Positions 61,123 to 64,000 of a stretch of DNA of 64,000 bases are shown here, one piece after another. A program made the translations under genes and the position numbers. Positions within the stretch are counted from its first letter, which is position 1, and every line of letters begins with the position of its first letter. Under the pieces are notes generated by a model. The model searched no databases. It was not told the DNA's origin and saw only the letters and a list, made by a program, of their open reading frames with translations. Origin of the DNA: an uncultured Trueperaceae bacterium (GTDB lineage: Bacteria > Deinococcota > Deinococci > Deinococcales > Trueperaceae); NCBI GenBank assembly GCA_963799485.1, contig CAWCXJ010000008.1, positions 311,526 through 375,525 on the forward strand. The letters run 5' to 3'.

Positions 61123-61915
61123 CGACCAACTTGCTTTAAGCGATCTGCTGGAAATCGCTGCTCAGCTTCAGGTACCGACCCTGGCGGTGGGTGCAAACGC
61201 TCGTCAGCTCATCTTCGATCAGCCCTACGCGCTACCCATTCAGCGCCTCACCTTCGACTGGGATTTTGGAACACGGGTCAAAAGCTGGGAGCAGTACCGC
61301 CTACTCACCGAACGGCTCGTCAGGTCTGGCAAGTTCAAACAGGGAAGCGCGCACAGCTTCGTCCATGTCCTGACAGACGTTCCAGTTGACGTCGTCCCGT
61401 TCGGTGAGATTGCTGCCCCAGACGCATCTATCGAATGGCCCGAGACGGAACGGCAGATGTCGGTTCTCGGTTTTGACGTGGCGCTCGAGCAAGCCGAAGA
61501 AATAGACGTTGCGGGTTGGCGGCTCAAGGTCGCGTCACTGCCGTGGCACATCGCACTTAAGCTGATTGCTTTTAGCGACCGGCGTTTGGAAAAAGACCTG
61601 CTGGACATTAGTTTTATCCTCGAACACGCTACCGATGTTCAGATTGACCGCCTCTACGACGCGCTAGCTTCAGAATTCGCTGATGACGTCATTGATTATG
61701 ACGAGGCGGGTGCCTATCTTATCGGTCTAGACCTTGTTGCCCAAGCCCCTGCACCCGTAATTACGGCGCTCAATAACGTTTTGACAACGCTGCTCGGTGA
61801 TCCCAACTACTTGGAGCTGCGAAGGCATCTAACCCACTACGGTAATGCAACTAGACTGGCGCTCATCGTTAAGCGCTTCAATGCTCTGAGCCGAGGTTTG
61901 GCCCAGCGGCCCTGA
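61112..61915 (+). CDS. Nucleotidyltransferase toxin, AbiEii/MenT-like (COG4849-like)
   Basis: VGANAR, R.T.DWD, VDVVPFG.I, LKLIAF.DR, KDL.D; overlaps the antitoxin stop. Confidence 0.75.
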   Translation: MTDSDQLALSDLLEIAAQLQVPTLAVGANARQLIFDQPYALPIQRLTFDWDFGTRVKSWEQYRLLTERLVRSGKFKQGSAHSFVHVLTDVPVDVVPFGEIAAPDASIEWPETERQMSVLGFDVALEQAEEIDVAGWRLKVASLPWHIALKLIAFSDRRLEKDLLDISFILEHATDVQIDRLYDALASEFADDVIDYDEAGAYLIGLDLVAQAPAPVITALNNVLTTLLGDPNYLELRRHLTHYGNATRLALIVKRFNALSRGLAQRP

Positions 61916-62002
61916 GACACGGGTCTCTGTACTTCAAGCAGCGGGTTGTGCTAAAGAGGTTTGCCCAGAAGCGCACCAGAACTTGCGAAGCTCTGTACTG
62001 TG

Positions 62003-62341
62003 TCAAGCCGCCCGGTTGATCCTTAGAAGCAGCCGCATAAGGCTAGCCTGCTCACTTAGCACTTTGTGAATGCGCTCCGCTTGACCGGAGAAGTCCGTAT
62101 CAAAGGTGCAAATGATAATACCTGCGTGTTCAGGACTCTCCCGGTGGAGCGCAATGAAATCTTTGCGGTTCAAGGTCAAAACGCCCCGCTGCTGACCTGT
62201 CGCAAATGCCAATACCTCAGCGTCTGGTACAGCCTGCTCTGCCTGGTTTGCCTCTAAAACCGTGAGTACATCATGTCCAAGGTCGCGCAAGGCTTCAGTA
62301 ACAGGGAGAGGAAAGTTCTCATCAGCGTAAAGGCGGGCCAC
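62003..62341 (-). CDS. DUF5615 PIN-like toxin (VapC45-like)
   Basis: LYADENF, LRDLGHDV, D.EVL.FA, LTLN.KDF, HAGII. Confidence 0.85.
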   Translation of the reverse strand: MARLYADENFPLPVTEALRDLGHDVLTVLEANQAEQAVPDAEVLAFATGQQRGVLTLNRKDFIALHRESPEHAGIIICTFDTDFSGQAERIHKVLSEQASLMRLLLRINRAA

Positions 62342-62689
62342 TTAGAGGGCGCTCTGGGCGTCGTTCTCGTTTGCTTCGATCTGCTGGTCGATCTCGGCAC
62401 GATGTGCGCGTACATAGGCCCAGGCGTGCGTAAGGTCTTCTGCTTGCAGCGTGGGATAAGCGCGTAACAGGTCAGCTTCGTTTGAGCCCAAGCGCCGCGC
62501 CTGCTCTAAAAGCCAGACGGGAATGCGGGTACGCACGATGCGCGGTTCGCCGCCGACGACGCCGGGTGTACGCTCGATACCAGGAAAGGCGTCGCCCAAG
62601 TCACTTACGACCCACTGCAAGAGCTGGGCCTTTTCTGCTCGGCTCATCTCGGCGAGGAGCTTTTCGGCTTCCTGAAGTGCGCGGGTCAT
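62342..62689 (-). CDS. DUF433 antitoxin (VapB45-like)
   Basis: PGVVGGEPRIVRTRIPV, YPTL...D...A..Y; SD GGAGG. Confidence 0.88.
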   Translation of the reverse strand: MTRALQEAEKLLAEMSRAEKAQLLQWVVSDLGDAFPGIERTPGVVGGEPRIVRTRIPVWLLEQARRLGSNEADLLRAYPTLQAEDLTHAWAYVRAHRAEIDQQIEANENDAQSAL

Positions 62690-62776
62690 CTATCCTCCAA
62701 GGTTAGTTTATACGAACCTGGCGGGGTTGCTTTACGCAACCCTGTAGCTACGACCTCGACCCAGTACTGTAGTGCT

Positions 62777-63901
62777 TTAGTTGTACACATGTTCCTGCTG
62801 CTCCTCGGGATAGAGCAGACCGCCGAGCTTTTCGGTCGCTTCACGTTGCATCGTCGGCAGGACGTGCGAATAGGTATCCAGGGTGATCTTGACGCTCGCG
62901 TGTCCAAGCCGTTCACTGACCACTTTCGGATGAACCCCGGCGAGGAGCATCAGCGTGGCGCAGGTATGGCGCAGGTCGTAAAGCCTGAAGTCCTCGCCAA
63001 GTCCGGCCTGCTTTAAGATACGCGGCAGATTGCGCCTGCCCAGATTATTCGCGTGGAGTGGTTCGCCGCCGTCGCTGACGAAAACAAGGGTGTGCGGGTT
63101 GACGAGTTGAATTTCCCGGTTCGCCACCAAGACGCGCTGCAGGTTGCTGGTAAAGGGCACGTTGCGGCGGCTCCCGGCAGTTTTGGGTTCGGCAAAGTGC
63201 CAGCCCTGCGCGTTCCGGGTCAGGGTACGCCGCACGCTGAGGTGCCGACTCGCCAGGTCAACGTCGCTCCATTTGAGGGCGAGCGCCTCACCGGGGCGGA
63301 GGCCGGTGTCTATAAGCAGGCTAAACACTGCAAACCAGGGGTCTTCTCGGGCCGCTTGAAGAAAGCGCTGCGCTTCTGCGGGCGAAAAGGCGTTCATCTC
63401 GCGTTGCTGTTTACGGGGGAGCTGCACCAGGTCAGCGGGGTTGCGGGCGATCATGCCCCACTTGACCGCCTGCTCGAGCGCGTTTCGGAGGACGGTATGG
63501 GCGTAGCGTACCGTGCGGGGAGAGAGCCCTTGCGCTGAGAGGTCGCCGTAGAGCTTTTGCAGCTCGAGGGCTTTAAGCTGATCCAGGCGGCGTTCACCTA
63601 AGGTAGGCCGGATATACTTTTTCAGCAGCCAGACGTAATCACGGTGGGTGCGCTCACGGACGCGGGTCTTGGCGACGCTGCCGAGCCAGTTCTCGAGGTA
63701 CTCGTTTAAGGTCGTGCGGCTCGGCTGCGCCAGGGTACCGAGGTCGCGTTCACGGAGCAGTTTGGTGAGTTCACGCTGCGCGTCTTTTTTAGGGCCGTGA
63801 ACGGTCTGGTTTAAGTAGCTGTGTTTGCCGTCTTCCCCTCGTCCTAGGTAGATACGGATCAGATGAATGTTTTCGCCCCGTTTGATAATCTGGCCTGCCA
63901 T
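62777..63901 (-). CDS. Tyrosine recombinase / site-specific integrase
   Basis: TGLRPGE, PKT, YDLRHT, RLGH, DTYSH catalytic Tyr; N-terminal arm-binding-like segment; SD GGAGGAGG before ATG 63901. Confidence 0.93.
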   Translation of the reverse strand: MAGQIIKRGENIHLIRIYLGRGEDGKHSYLNQTVHGPKKDAQRELTKLLRERDLGTLAQPSRTTLNEYLENWLGSVAKTRVRERTHRDYVWLLKKYIRPTLGERRLDQLKALELQKLYGDLSAQGLSPRTVRYAHTVLRNALEQAVKWGMIARNPADLVQLPRKQQREMNAFSPAEAQRFLQAAREDPWFAVFSLLIDTGLRPGEALALKWSDVDLASRHLSVRRTLTRNAQGWHFAEPKTAGSRRNVPFTSNLQRVLVANREIQLVNPHTLVFVSDGGEPLHANNLGRRNLPRILKQAGLGEDFRLYDLRHTCATLMLLAGVHPKVVSERLGHASVKITLDTYSHVLPTMQREATEKLGGLLYPEEQQEHVYN

Positions 63902-64000
63902 CTCTCGCCTCCTCCATACTTGAATAGGCACACGATACGCACACAGGTCTCTAAAAAGCAAGTCCAGCACGGACTATCTGCCCGACGTTATGATTACTTA

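Larger units (their letters stand above)
59655..64000. mobile_element. tRNA-Arg-associated integrative element (integrase plus two TA modules); right end probably just beyond the window
   Basis: Follows the tRNA 3' end; tyrosine integrase; TA cargo; TGTGTGCC repeat pairs at both ends in inverted orientation. Confidence 0.65.

Overview
GC-rich bacterial chromosomal window, probably from the Deinococcota and Truepera-like. This is an inference from the DUF1999/DUF503/DAK2 context, the aqualysin-like protease and pervasive leaderless TANNNT-N5-7-start genes. Most of it is housekeeping or metabolic: crtI, azlCD, pyrF, moaC, sdaAB/AA, ndh, argF-C-J, pilD, pilC, rpsP-khpA-rimM-trmD, nth, rpsT, and a tRNA-Ser/Ser/Arg cluster. 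Accessory parts: (i) a solitary EVE-like + PD-(D/E)XK nuclease gene; (ii) a type III PKS-methyltransferase-FAD monooxygenase cluster; (iii) a LacI-regulated oligosaccharide ABC/GH2 beta-mannosidase locus whose hydrolase is split at a CCC-TGA site; (iv) a DUF692 (MNIO-like) gene coupled to a flavin disulfide reductase; (v) an IS3 element abutting a decayed IS4 remnant; (vi) a DEDD exonuclease-WYL fusion; (vii) after tRNA-Arg, an apparently tiny integrative element (tyrosine integrase plus two TA modules) bracketed by inverted pairs of TGTGTGCC repeats. Across the window the palindrome CTCGAG looks strongly over-represented. All family calls come from motif recognition by eye; no searches were run.
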